Positions 23,920-38,900 of a DNA stretch of 64,000 bases are shown one piece after another; within the stretch, counting starts at the first letter, position 1; the number at the start of each line of letters is the position of its first letter. The stretch lies in contig NGBS01000010.1 of NCBI GenBank assembly GCA_002245135.1, forward strand, positions 124,001 through 188,000, written 5' to 3'. Made by a program: the position numbers and the translations under genes. Source of the stretch: Proteromonas lacertae (lineage: Eukaryota). The notes beneath the pieces are model-generated. The model had not been told where the DNA came from. It searched no databases and saw only the letters and a list, made by a program, of their open reading frames with translations.

Positions 23920-26900
23920 ATGCTTACTTTAAGGCCAATGATTAATTTGATCCTTATTCCTTCATTATTATTTATATTGGTTCAGTGTTCAGGTATAAAA
24001 ATCGTATTAATTTGTTTAATAGTAGTTCCAGAATCTATTGTATTTATTGAACCTGTATCAAGTTCTTCAGCTGATTTGAAGTGGAATTATCCTGATATAG
24101 AGACTGTTAATGATTTAAAGTCTATAACAGCAATGTACACAATAAATAAAGGTGTAGATGAAGTTCAAAAGCTTGAAATTAGAGTAAATGATGATCCAGG
24201 ATGTGTTGATACAATCGAGACATATGCAAAACATATTGATGAAGTACAGGCAATAGTGGCTTACATATCTGAAGAAAATAGAGAGAGTGAAATACAGATT
24301 ATTACATTAATCCCACCATCAAGAGTTGAGTTGACAGAACCATTTATTCTTCAGTACAGTCCATCAGACGAAGTACAATATCAAAGTGATTTATTACCAG
24401 TCAATATAACTGAAGAAGATTTAAAAGTGGAAATAGAAAAATTTCATTTAAGTGTAGAAAAAGTTGTAAAAATATCAACCAACGAATCATCATCATTAAA
24501 CACTTTAATGTGGGAAATTACATATAATGAAACAATAGGTAATATACCACAGTTATATATCTTTTCAATGCAGGATAATACCAAATCAATCAGTACTACT
24601 AAGATAAATGGTAGTTCATTAAATATCAATTTTCATATACAATATGGTAATGAAAATACAACTACAGTTTTAAATGCAGAAACAGCTACATCTTATGATA
24701 TTCAGTCTGCATTATATTCATTACCATCTTATCATATTATATCCACTGTCCATATGATTCAACCTGATTTGTTTAGTAAGATATGGATGATAACATTTGA
24801 TGATATGAATTTGTATGGAAATATAGAGAATTTAATTATCCATACTGTTGATGATATAAACAATGAAGATGTTAATATGACAGTATGTAGTGAAGATAGT
24901 AATGATTTATTATGTGAAAATATCGATACTATTAATGGAAATGAGATAGGTGGAAGTTTTGATATAATCATTAAAGATCAAACCTTGTCAAACCTATCAT
25001 CAAAAATTACAGCAAATGAATTAGAAGAGAGATTATTGTCATTAAAAGGTGATAATAATCAAACTGTAGTTGGCGCTATCAAAGTTGAAAGAGAATTAAT
25101 TTCCAGAGAATATGGTTATAAATGGACTATATTTTATATTAATAATTCAAATCCACCAAAATTAGAGATTAAATCACATTTAACAGGAGTCGAAGCAAAA
25201 ATATCATTAAGAAGTGAAAATGGAGAAGATCGATCAAGTGGGTTATATGAAGTAGGTGATTATCTATTTGGTGAATTTAGAATAGGATATAAAGGAAAAT
25301 ATACAGATTATTATGATTTAAATAGTATAGATTCAACTATACAAATTGGATTAAGATCTTTATTTCAAAACGACAATATTAAAGTTGAATCTGATGTTAA
25401 TAATAGAATAATGAATGAGAATTATGTATGGTCAGTCACATTTCCATCTGAAATGGGTATGATTGAAGCATTAACAATTGATACATCATTAATATATAAT
25501 GGAACTGCATTAGGAATATCAACTATTAGAAACAAACCAGAAAAGCCATTATTTGAAGGAGATAATAACCATATTATAATGATCAATGATATAAGTGCAA
25601 TGAAATATAGAATTAATGATTTAGAGAGTAATAAACCATTATATTTTAAAGTTAAATTCAATACAATATCAGGTAATAATGAATATGAATATGATTTGGG
25701 TAGAATAATATGTAGAAATATGAAACCTTCTCCACCTGCTAAAGTATCATTAAAACAAGAACAACCTAATCAATTAAGTATAATTATTACACCAGGTAGT
25801 ACCGATGGAGGATTACCAATCAATTTTATTGGATTAGAAATGATGAAAGTTCCATTCGAGAATGAAGTTCAAATGATTGAATTAATTGGTAATACAAAAT
25901 CAGAAATTCAAATGGTTCATATTACATATAATGATGATAGTAACAATGATTATTATTACTTGAAGTTATATGGTTATAAGACAGGAAGAATTTTACCTTC
26001 AACAATGGAAAATGGAATTAAATATCAGTTAGAACAATTGCCATTTATCAATACAGTGAAAGTGAGTAAAGTGTATGGTTCAAATAGAAAGGATATTAAA
26101 TGGTATATTACATTTACATCCTTAAGTGGTAGATTTCCAACAAGTAGTGGTAATATTGAAGAATTGAATTATGAGACTTCACCTTATTTTAAAGGAGAAA
26201 TTGAAATACAAACAGTTGTAGATGGTCAAAAATCGATGGGTGGAACATTTAAATTGAATTTTGGTGGACAAATTACTAGTCCAATTCCATGGAATGCCTC
26301 TCCTTCCTATTTGAAATTAACTTTAGAAAAATTATCAACAATTGGTGTAGTTGATGTTAGTTTGTTAGAATTCCCATCATCTAGACAGTTACTAGTAACA
26401 TTTGTTGGATGTAGATTAGATGAAATTAGTGATGTTATAGTATGTAATTCAGGTCCACAATCATTATTTACTACAGATGCAAATCAATTAATTGGAGGAA
26501 TGGTTAATATCGAAAGAATAAAAAGAGGATCTGGTGCTAATATTGAAAGATATTCAGTCGATTCATTAGAAAAGAGAGAAAAAGATTTAGTTAAAGTTAT
26601 TTCAATCACATCTACAGAAGAATTTATTATCGTGTAGCATTAGAGAATAATATGGGATTGAGTTTACCAGTCATATCTACACCACCATCATTTTCCATGA
26701 AATCAAGTTTACCTGGTGAATGTAGTGAAATATTTGTAAAAAGTAATACTGTTACATCATTGTTTTTAGGATGGTTATCACCTATTTTGAATGGTCAATC
26801 TCCAATATTAGGTTATTTATTATATATGAATGATATGAGTGATAATAGTAATGATAATAATAATGGATATGAATTAATTGCCAATACAACTGCAACTGAA

Positions 26901-29900
26901 TATAATGTTGATGGTTTAATAGAGAATAATATTTATAACTTCAAAGTCCAAGCTTATAATGAATTTGGTGTAGGATTAATGAGTGGAGAAGTAACATTAG
27001 TACCACATCTATCATATACACCAGAAACACCATTTCCACCACAATTAGTGACAATAATAAAAGATAATAACAACAACAGCAACATGATGATGATGATGAG
27101 AATAAAGTAAAAGCAAAGATAAAATGGAAAATTTCAATTAATTATGGTCCAAATATAATGAAATATTACATATTCAATAGAGATATGAATAATAATAATA
27201 AAGAGACATTATTAAAAGTTTATGAAGTTAAAGATATTACTTTATATTATACAACAATATTAGATGATATGATATATGGTGAAAAATATAATGTATTTAT
27301 TCAATCTATCAATGAAAGAGGTGTTTATAGTCCAAAGAGTTCAATAACAGAGATAATAATAGATACAATCCCATTAAAACCATCACAACCAACTATTAAT
27401 AGAATTTCTAGCACAAATATAACTGTGAGTTGGAATAGAAATAAAGAATATGTTTTACCAGTATTAGGTTATAAGTTATATCAATTTATGGATATTGAAA
27501 CAATAACTCCTGAAGTATATCAATTATCTATTAGTGGTTGTACTGGAGGTACATTCTCCTTAATATTGAATAATGATGATAATATAGCAACTAAAGATAT
27601 AGGTTGTAATGCAAAAGCACAAGATATTGAAGAAGCTATAAATGAATTACATAAAATACCAATTGTTAAAGTATCAAGTGATTTATCATCTTCATCTTCA
27701 TCTTCATCAACAACGTTTCTTATTACATTTCCAAACCAATTATCACCTGCTATTCCATTAAAAGTAGCATCTGGCAGATTAATAGGTGATAATGTTATTG
27801 TTAAGAATGAATTATATCAAAGTGGTTTTGTAGGTAGTTTAGTTTATAATGGTGTGAATAAACCAATGAAATTGAACACAAAGTTAGAAATACAACAAGG
27901 ACATACATATTTGTATGTATTACAATGTTATAATGAATATGGAGAAAGTGAATGGAGTATATCATCAGAGTTATTGACACTCTATGATAAACCATCTTCA
28001 ACTTATTCATATGTCGATATTAATTCAACTATTCTTCCTATTTCTACTGGATTTGCTGGTTATAGTTATGAAAAACAGAAGATTACATTGAAATCATATG
28101 GAAATATTGAAGGTAATTATACTGTATCAATTGGTAAAAATGGTATTGGAAGTATAATGTTGAATGTTAATAGTAGTAAAAATGAATTAGAAAATTCATT
28201 AAACCAATTACAATTAAGTAATGGCGAATATATTAATGTATATGTATCAAAAACAACCAACAACTTTATTACAGATTATATAATTACATTTAATGATTAT
28301 GGAGATATACCATTATTATATATTATTAATAACAATATAATAGGTGGAGAAATAGAAATAAGTGAAATAAATAGAGGTAGAGGTAATGAAGTATTAATAG
28401 TTCCAAGAAGTGAAGATAATAAACCAATCAATACAGTGGATAGAGATGATGATAATACTGTTTATATTGGTGAAATATATAATAATAATAATAATGAATT
28501 TGTTACATCTACATCTTATTCTAGAGTAATTCAACCAATAATGAATATACAACAATTACAAGTTTATAAATGTAATTATGATTCATATGAATATATATTA
28601 TTATATAAAGATACAAAAGTAACTGGTGTTAGAATTGATAGTGTAGAATCTATTAAAGAAGCAATTCTTTCTATTCCTTCTATTAAAGATATTGATGTTT
28701 CTTATGAAGTAATTGATGAAGATATGTCCTATTATACAGTTACATTTAACTCTAATTTTGGTGAAATGGATTTATTAGAACTTAGTTATGCTAGTGAAGA
28801 TAGAGATTCAGTTGAATGTACTATAAATACAATATTATTACAACAAAATAAACCAGAAATACAGAAAGTACATATACCAAAGAGTGATAGTTATAAATAT
28901 ATAAAAGTCACATTTGAAGATGAAGAACAATCAGCTATAATTGAATCAGAATCAAATGTAGAAGAAATAGTTGAAAAAATAAGTTCAATTCCTTCAATTA
29001 AAGAAGTACAAGTAACAATTGTTAGTAGTAAAGAAGATGATTCTTATGATTGGTTAATTACTTTTACACAGTTGAAGGGAAATGTCCCATTATTAAAAGT
29101 AGAACCTTCACCATCACTTATACAGAAAATAGAAATAGAATCACAATCAACATTAACTGGTTCATTTTCATTTTTATATAATAATAAGAAATCTGATTCA
29201 ATATCATTAACATCTACAAATGCAAATGATATGATTAGTAAATCATTAGAATCAATAATAAATACTCCAGTAGAAGTGAACAGGTTTATAAATAATGGAA
29301 ATAAGTTGGAATTGTTTGTTACATTTTATGTAAGTAATAATGATAATAAAGATGACATTTATAATTTATTATCAATAGATGAAACAGGTTTAAATGGTAG
29401 AAAAATACAATACAATATAACTACTGTTAATTCAAATATAGAAGATTCATCATTCTTAGTTGATATTAATGATATAATCGTTACAGAAATACAATATGGA
29501 AATCCTAATTATCTATTAGACTATCATGTTGATAAAATAGGAGAATATAATATACATATATACCAATTAATACAAGGAGGATTATTAGGAAAATATTATA
29601 ATAATATATACTATTATAAAGATCCAATAGTAACAAGAGTAGATAATGAATTGAATTTCAATTGGAATAATGGTATTGTTGTTCATAGAAAATCAGATTT
29701 AATTGCTGTTGAATGGCAAGGAAGATTAAAACCACCACATTCTGATGAATTTATATTGTATTTAACATGTGATGATAAATGTAGATTATTTATAGATAAT
29801 ACTCTATTTATTGATATTTGGGATAAAGGTATTAATCAAGGATGGAATTATATTACATTAAATAAAGAGAAATATTATAAATTAAGAGTTGAATATATTG

Positions 29901-32900
29901 AAATGAGTAGTAATGCATATGTGAAATTAGAATGGAGTAGTTCATTATTCCATAAACAGATTATTTCAACAGAATATTTATATTATGATTCTGAGATAGT
30001 GAATAGTCCATTTATAGCAAATATAATACCTAATTATCCATTTTATGTTTTCAGTAATATAATGAATGTTAAAGAGAATGGAATTGCAGGAATTGAAGAT
30101 TCATTTATTATTCAAGCTTTTGATCAAACTGGTAATAATATAATAGAAAGCAATAATAATAATGTGAATTATAATGTCAGAATAGTGATGAATAATAAAG
30201 AATATCCAAGTAGTATTAAATATACAGAAAATGGTAAATATGAAGTAACTTATAATTTAACAATAGTTGGTGAATATACAGTATATGTCACTTTAGATGA
30301 TAAAGATTTACAATGTGGAAATATAGATATTAATAATAATAATAAATGTAGTCCATTTAAAATAACAATATCACAAGCTACAAGTTCATTAGAATATTCA
30401 ATAATTGAAGGTTTAAATCCAACATACAACTACTTTGCTGGTTATAAATACTCATTTATATTTACAGTCTATGATTCATATCAAAATGTAATGAATAAAG
30501 GAGGAGATGAAGTAACATTAATGGTTGAGAATATTGAACATCCTATTTATTATTTAGCAAATACAACTGATTATAATAATGGAAGTTATGAATTATCATT
30601 TTCAATCAAAGAAGTTGGTCCTTACAGATTAATACTCAATTTGAATGGTAAGAAGTATAACCATGAGTTATTAGATGAATATTTATACTTTATAAGATCA
30701 AATGTTGTTTCTCCATCTAATTGCCTTGTTAATGGATTAGATAATTATAATAATTACTCAACAAAATATTCATTTAATGTAATATCTATGGATGAATATG
30801 ATAATATGAGAGATGGTAAATATGGCTGTATATTTGAAGATAAAGAATGTACTGATGGTAGTATTGATACATTTAATGTGGAAATAACACATGTTGAAAG
30901 TGGTAATAAATACTATTCAAGTTCAGCTGTACATGTTTTATCAATTAGTGGTATTAATTTGAGAGGAACATTTACATTAACATTCTATAATAAAACAACA
31001 ACTAATGATATTCCATATAATATTACAGCTTATTCACTTCAAGCAATTATTAATAGTTTATATTATGATGAATATAGAGTATTAGTTGAAAGAAAAACAA
31101 CAGAAACTGGATTTATTTGGATTATTACTTATTTAGATCATTTTGGCGAGTGGTTACCCACAGTATTAACAATTAATAGTGATAAATTAGAAGCAAATGA
31201 TGAAGTGAATGTAATAATTGATACTAGAGGAAAAGGTGGAATTTATCCAATATCATATGATTTACCAAATAAAGGATTATATTCAATACAAATCTATTAT
31301 CATGGTAATAAAATCAATGAAAATCTAATTATCATCAATGTGACTGGATCTACAATGTCAAGCCATTCTTCCTATGCTGAAGGTAATGGTTTATATTATG
31401 GAACAGCTGGTGAAAAAGCAATGTTTTATATCCATTCACAAGATGAAAGATTACCAGGAGTATATCATTATTATCTTGATTATAAATTAAGTGAAGAAGA
31501 AAAGGAATTATTTAAACCAACATCACATACATTCGAGTGTAATGCTGTAAATGGTTTATTCTCATTGAAATATTTTGATTTCTTAGTGATTGATGTTGAT
31601 TATAACACTACAATTGATGATTTCGAGAGAATATTAAGATCTAATGATGTGTTGGGAAATGTAAATATTAGATTAACAGGTAATAACGGTAATACAATAT
31701 GTTCTGGTGAAGAATTAACTATTACATATTCTACCTATATATCTCCATTAGAAATACCACGAATTAACACTAATGATTTGAATGGTACAGTTGAAATGAC
31801 AATGAAAAGTGAAGGATGTTCTGGTATAATGGGTGATTATAAAATATCAATAAATGGAATAGAATCAATACCAATAAGATTTGATGCTAGTAAAACAGAA
31901 TTAGAATATGCATTATCTAAATATACAGATTATTTATTCAATTATGAAGTGGAAGTTGATTATTTACACTCTACAAATACATCATTATATTCATTATATA
32001 AATTCTATACAATTTATTATTATGATTCTCCAATACCATCTCAAAGAAAACCTTTTACATTATCAATGGATATTTCCTCCATAATAACGTCAAATGATAT
32101 TAAACAACCAATATTGTATTTATCACATTTAAGAAATGTATCTGCAGGTAATCCAAGACCAAAGGATGTAGATATCAATACATTATATTTGAGTTTAACT
32201 CACTTAACTCACAGAGTTCACAATATAGAGTATAAAATAAGTGATAAAAAGATACAATTATTGTATTGCACTGCTACAAGCGGATCATTTTCTATAGTTT
32301 ATGATGGTTATTCAGAAGTTGAAATTACACCAACAATGAATGGAGTGGAATTCTTAGAAATATTGAATGATCATTTTGGTTTAAGTGATATGACAATTAG
32401 TAATAAATATGATATATTATGTAATGGAATTGATAGTTTTATTTCTTCATTAAATAATAAGACATTCCCAACATTATTAATATCAAAGAATAACTTAAAG
32501 GATGGAGAATTATATTTTGATGTAATTCAAGAAGGAACATTAGAATTAAAACCATTAGAAGAAAGTGATGAAGGTATTTATGAATATAGTTATATACCAT
32601 ACATTTCTGGTCAATATGAATTATCATTGAAGATGAATAATTTGAATTTATATTATCCAAATACAACTTATATTTTAGTTAATTCTAGTAAACCATACGC
32701 TCCATACTCAATTCATGATTCAAAATCAATCGCATTTCAAGGACAAACTTATACATTCAATTTAGCTTTGTATGATGAATATAAAAACAAATATGAATCA
32801 AGAATATTAGTGAAATATGAAAAAATAACAGCTTATTTGTTAAATATAAATAATAAAAATAATGATAGAGTTATAGCAGATATTGAATTATCAATTCCAT

Positions 32901-35900
32901 ATACATTTGGTAACTATACAATATCATATATTCCACCTGATCCAGGTAGTGGTGATTATTTATTATATGTTAATTTAATTCAAAAAGGAGGATTATTGAG
33001 TTATTATTATGGTTCAATAGATTTCCAATTCTTAAAACTAGGTGATTTATATCATTGTCCAATTGGTACAATAATATGTGATTCTACAAGAATTGATAAT
33101 AGTTTGAATATGAATTGGGGTTTATCATCTCCATTAGTTGGTTTTCCACCTGATTATTTCACTGTAAGATGGGAAGGATATATTATTGCACCAGAAGATG
33201 ATATTTATACATTAACATTTGAAGGAGGAGATAAGTTAATGATTTATATTAATAACACTGTAGTATTGAATGATTGGATAGAAAACATTGAATCAAAGAT
33301 TCATGTAGTGAATGAAATTCAATTAAGTTCTACTGAATTAATATCTATTAAAATAGAGTATTTAAGTTTAAGTGGTGATTCAGAAGCTAAGTTATATTGG
33401 AATTCAAGTGTTATAAATCCAAAAGAAATTATTCCATCAGATTATTTATATTATGAACAACATATTCATAATATTCCATTAGGTATTACAATTCTACCAG
33501 GTAATTTATCATCAGAAACAACAACAATAGAAATAGACAACGAGAAAGAATATATAGCTGGAAATATGGTAGAATTTGATATAATATCAAGAGATGAAAG
33601 TAATATGATATTATATAATCAAGGAAATATTAATTTTGATATTGTTATAAAAGATTCAAATAATAAAGTGGTAGAAAATACAATTATTCCATATGATTGG
33701 AATTTATTATGTAGTAAATGCATTCATGCAACTTACAACAGTACCACATTGACTGTATTTTATATTGTAAAAGATAGTTTATTAATTGGTGATAGATTAT
33801 CAATAAACAATGAAATTGTGATTGTTTCAGATATTTCTATTAAATATATTACCATATCAAAACCATATCAAAGTCAATCCATTGAATATACTGATTTATA
33901 TAAAGTAGGAAATAACACTGGCATTTATCATTCATCATTTATACCAACAGTAAGTGGTAGATATGAAATAAATGTAAATACTCCAAGTTTGAATGAAGTT
34001 CAAGTATTTACATTAACATCTAAAAGTCCAATTTATGGATTTATTTCATTTATTAATAATGATAAAATATCTGAAGATATATCTGTTGATGGTAGAATAA
34101 GTGTAATGGAGCAAATGCTTAATAATATAATAGATAATGGTAAAGTAGAAATTGAAACAAATAATATCAATGATAATGAAAATGATAATTACCAAAAACA
34201 ATGGATTATTACATATTTAATGAATAATAATGAAAAAGCACCATCTTTAGTATTAAATACAGAAAGTACATTAGGAAATAATCTAACAAGTACATTTGAA
34301 GTATTACAGAAACAACAGTTAAATATCCCAGTAAAGAATAGTCCACAATATATTACAGTTATTCCAGATATTACATCATCCAAACATTCACTTGTTAGTG
34401 GTAGTGGTTTAGGTAAAAGTGTTGCAGGAAATGATTTATTATTATATATCCAATCAAAAGATAAATATAATAATAACAGATTAGATTCACAAGAAAGAGA
34501 TTTTTATGAAGTTAATATATTCTCTATTAATCCAAATACTGAAGATGAAAAGGTAATCACATTACCTGTAAGTTATATATCGAACGGAAGATATAGTACA
34601 AATTATACATTGAATGAAACTGGTGTATATACAGTAGCTGTATCATTATCAACACAATATTCAATACAACAGATTATATCACCATTAGCACAGAATGAAT
34701 CATGGTGTGTAATGTTGAATAATAAGACAAGTGCAATATTATCACCATTTATAACAAGTGATGATTTATCAATAGCAATAACACAATTGAATGATAATAA
34801 ACATGTTGATGTGTCATTTGATCTTCAAGAGAAAATATACACTATTACATTCAGTTCAATAGTAGGAAATACACCATTATTATCTGCATTTACATATGAT
34901 AATAATGAAGCAATTATATGTAAAGAAATACAACCAGGCAAATCAGTGTTAGTAGGTAATGCAGATTATATAAAGTATGAAACTCAAGTAATAGCAATAG
35001 ATTGTGCTAATATGAAAGGATATTTCAAATTATCATTTAAACATTATACTACAGAACCATTATACATAGATAATGTAACTGATGTAGAAATATCCACTGC
35101 TTTGAACAAATTAAAACCAATTAATAGTGTAACAGTAGAAAATGTAATAAATACAGAATCAATAAAACAATATAAAATCATATTTAATCCTATTGAAGAT
35201 GACAATATAAAGTTAATCACAAATGTTGGTAATTTACCTACAATTCAAGTAGATAAATCACATTTAGAATGTTCATCTTATCATCCTATAACCTCAACAT
35301 TTGAAACTAATGGTGAATATCCATATTCAATAGAAATAAGTGCATCTGATGCTGTTAGTAGTAGTAAAACAACAATTTTCCAAAAAGAGAATGGTGGATT
35401 AACACAAACAACAGCTAATGAAACATCATCATTTTATATAACATTAAGAGATGAATATTCTAATTTAGTGACAGTTCAACCAAGAAATGAAATACAATTA
35501 TTACATGTTCCATATTCCAATTTATTCCAATGTAATTATATCATTACATTTAATAATGAAAATAGTAGAGATATTGCATGTAGAGCAAATGAAAGTGAAA
35601 TAGAATATGAAATTAACAGAATACCATCAATTGGTTATGTGAAAGTAGAAGTATATGATAATAGTTCAAGTGATGAATATACACTTTATGCAATAACATT
35701 TATTACTTTATTAGGAGATATACCAACATTATCAGTGAAATCAGTTGAATTAGGTGGTAGTATTAGATTATATGGATGCAATATCAATAATGTACAAAAG
35801 ATAAGTATTACTGGAGATTTAGGAAATACAATAACTGGTAATTATTCAATATTATATGGTAAGGATGAAATTAGATCTATTTCAATAGAAGCAAGTATAG

Positions 35901-38900
35901 AAGAAATGAAAGAAGAAGTAATGAAGTTCAGTATAGTGAAAGATGTAAATATTGAAGTAATAGATATTCCAAATTGTATTAATTGTAAAACATATACACT
36001 TACTATTATACCAAATGCCAATAAAATCGAATTATTTAATTTGGATATAGCAACATTAGATGGTAAGAATATCAAAGGAAGTGTAGAAGAAGTATGTCCA
36101 AAAGGAACACAAGCTGGAGTTATAGGTGAAGAATTTGTTATATTAATATCAAATGTAAATGAAACAATTTATGGTGATTATGATTATATTAATCCAGGAT
36201 TAATACAAGTTGACTATATGACTAAATTGACAGGAACTTATGATATTAATATACAAATGTCAGAAAGAGGTGGTTTAATTGGCAATTATTATGATAATAA
36301 GAATTTCTATTATAGTCCAATCAAAACATCAGTTGTTGATAGCTTAATTGATTTTAAATGGGATGATTTTATTACAGAAACTGGTAGGGAATATGTAAGT
36401 ATAAAATGGAATGGTTATATTCAAACACCATTCAGTGAAGATTATGTATTTATAGTAAAAGCAGATGATGGTGTTGAAGTTACATTTAATAATGAAATTA
36501 TCATTAACCAATTAGATTCTGTAGATTATAATACATATGAATCAAAGCCAATTTCCTGTTTAGAAAATCATATTTATCCAATAGAAATCAAGTATAGACA
36601 ATTAAGTGGTAATGCTGAAATTCATTTATATTGGAGAAGTAATAGCCAATTAGAAAGTATTATTCCATCCAATAGATTATTTACAAAACTCAACAAAGTA
36701 GATAAAACACATACAATTACAAGTTTCCCTAATCCAAAAACTACTAAACCAATACCATATATTCCACCTGATGAAATAGTAGGTAAACCAGCAAGACCAG
36801 GTTATGTGAATGTAATATTAGCACCAAGTGAAGCTAATGCATTAGTGGTATATTATTCAAAACCATCAGAACCAGAAGGTGGTAATAATGGTTCACAGAT
36901 TACAGCTTATATGATTGAATGGAAAAGAGAACCATTTGATGAAAATGGAACTATTTATTTCATTGAAATTCGTCCACCTAAATTTACACTATTATCATCA
37001 CTTTATAGACATAAAATAACTGGTTTATTACCTGGATTTAAGTATTATATAAGAGTAGCTGCAATGAATCATTATGGTATTGGTGAATATAACACATATC
37101 CAAGAGCAATTATTCCAATGTCATCTCCAGAACCAATTCAATCAAATCAAGTAACTTTAGAAGTTGTTCCACATGATAACATCCATTCTGTGAATATATC
37201 ATCAACATCATTACATTTATTCTGGTTGCCTTCCTTGAATGATTATGGTAGTCCAATTACTGAATATAGAATACAATATTGGGAGAGAAAAGATGAATTA
37301 ACATATACAAGATATAATGTTAAAATTGATAATAAAGATTGTACTTCTTATCGATTGAAATTCCTTAATGAAATAACAGATTATATTTCACCAGAAAGTA
37401 CAGAACAAGAGATTCAATATGCTATTCAAGCATTAACAATGATTCCAAAAGCTACTGTTAAATATGCAAGTAATTTAAATCATTATGAATATAACATTTA
37501 CTTGGATAAATTATTTGATGAGAATATTATTGATGGTAAATTTGAATTTGTTCCAAATGAAGAAACAGTAGCAAATCAATGTAAATTAACAATAACAGGA
37601 CCATCAGAAAAACCATCAGTAGAATCATATAATTCAATATCAATTCCAGCTAATCCAGAAGCAACTACATATGATAGATTATTATTCAATTTAAAGAATG
37701 GTGTTGAATATAGTGTATGTGTATCACCGAAGAATATATTAGGTTATGCAGAACCAGAATTATCAACACCTGTATCTTTAGCACCACCAAAACAAAAACC
37801 AGATAAGCCAAGAAATGTAACTGTTGAAGTAGCATCAGACTCATCATTACTAGTAAGATTTGAAGAGCCAGAATCAAATGGAGGTAGTGAGATATTATTC
37901 TATAGAATAGAATGGGATACTTCACCTAACTTCAATTCAGGAGAATTAACGAATTATTATTTGAGTGATAATATTTCATATGAATATGAAATAAAAGATT
38001 TAAGTAGAAGTGTGTATTATTATATTAGAGTATTTTCATATAATTTCTATGGTTATTCAAAAGAAGCAGGATATAGTACACCATCAAAATTAGCACCACA
38101 AACATTACCAAGCTGTCCAACCAATATAAAAGCATATGTTCAAAATAGTACAACAATCTTAGTAACATTTGATGAACCATTAGATAATGGTGGTTCAGAG
38201 ATTCAACATTATCTAATACAATGGGATGTACAATCATATGTAGCATTTGAATATGGTAATGATGAACCAGCAAGATATAATGATTATGATATTTATATGT
38301 TAAAAACATCATCTTATGAGAATGATATAGAAGGTGAATTTTCATTAGATTTTGAAGGATATACAACTGAATTGATGAAATATGATGTTTCTGCTGATGA
38401 ACTACAAAGAAAATTGATGAAATTACCAACTGTTGGTTCAGTTAGTGTTTTAAGAAAATCCAATTTCCCATATGGTTTTATATGGATTATTCAGTTTGAT
38501 ACAAATAGAATAAAAGACTATGACAATGATTTTGTTATTAGTAATAATGAAATAGAAGGATCAAATGCAAATATTACATTGGAAGTTGCAGCTAAATATA
38601 TGTTTGGTTATGCTTATCAAACTGTAAGAATAAAGAATAATGTAAAGAAATATAAGTTAACATTGAATGGCAATACAACAAGTGAATTTATTGTTCCAAC
38701 ATATACTACTCCTGGAACTTCATTGATGGATATAAGAAAAGAATTATCTGATATATTTGGAACAGATGTATTTGTTACATTGACTATAGCAAATGATACT
38801 AAAGATGTTTTATTGAAAGTTGTGTTTTTAACTCCATTAGAAGCTGTTGATCCTATGATTCCAACAGTAATAGATCCAACAGATGTAAAAGAAGATGATG

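Noticed and set aside
26581..26651. A short intron explaining the first break in the giant gene
   Set aside because: The nearby GT..AG candidates (22, 28 and 31 nt) give the wrong phase. One missing base restores YYRVALENNMG.
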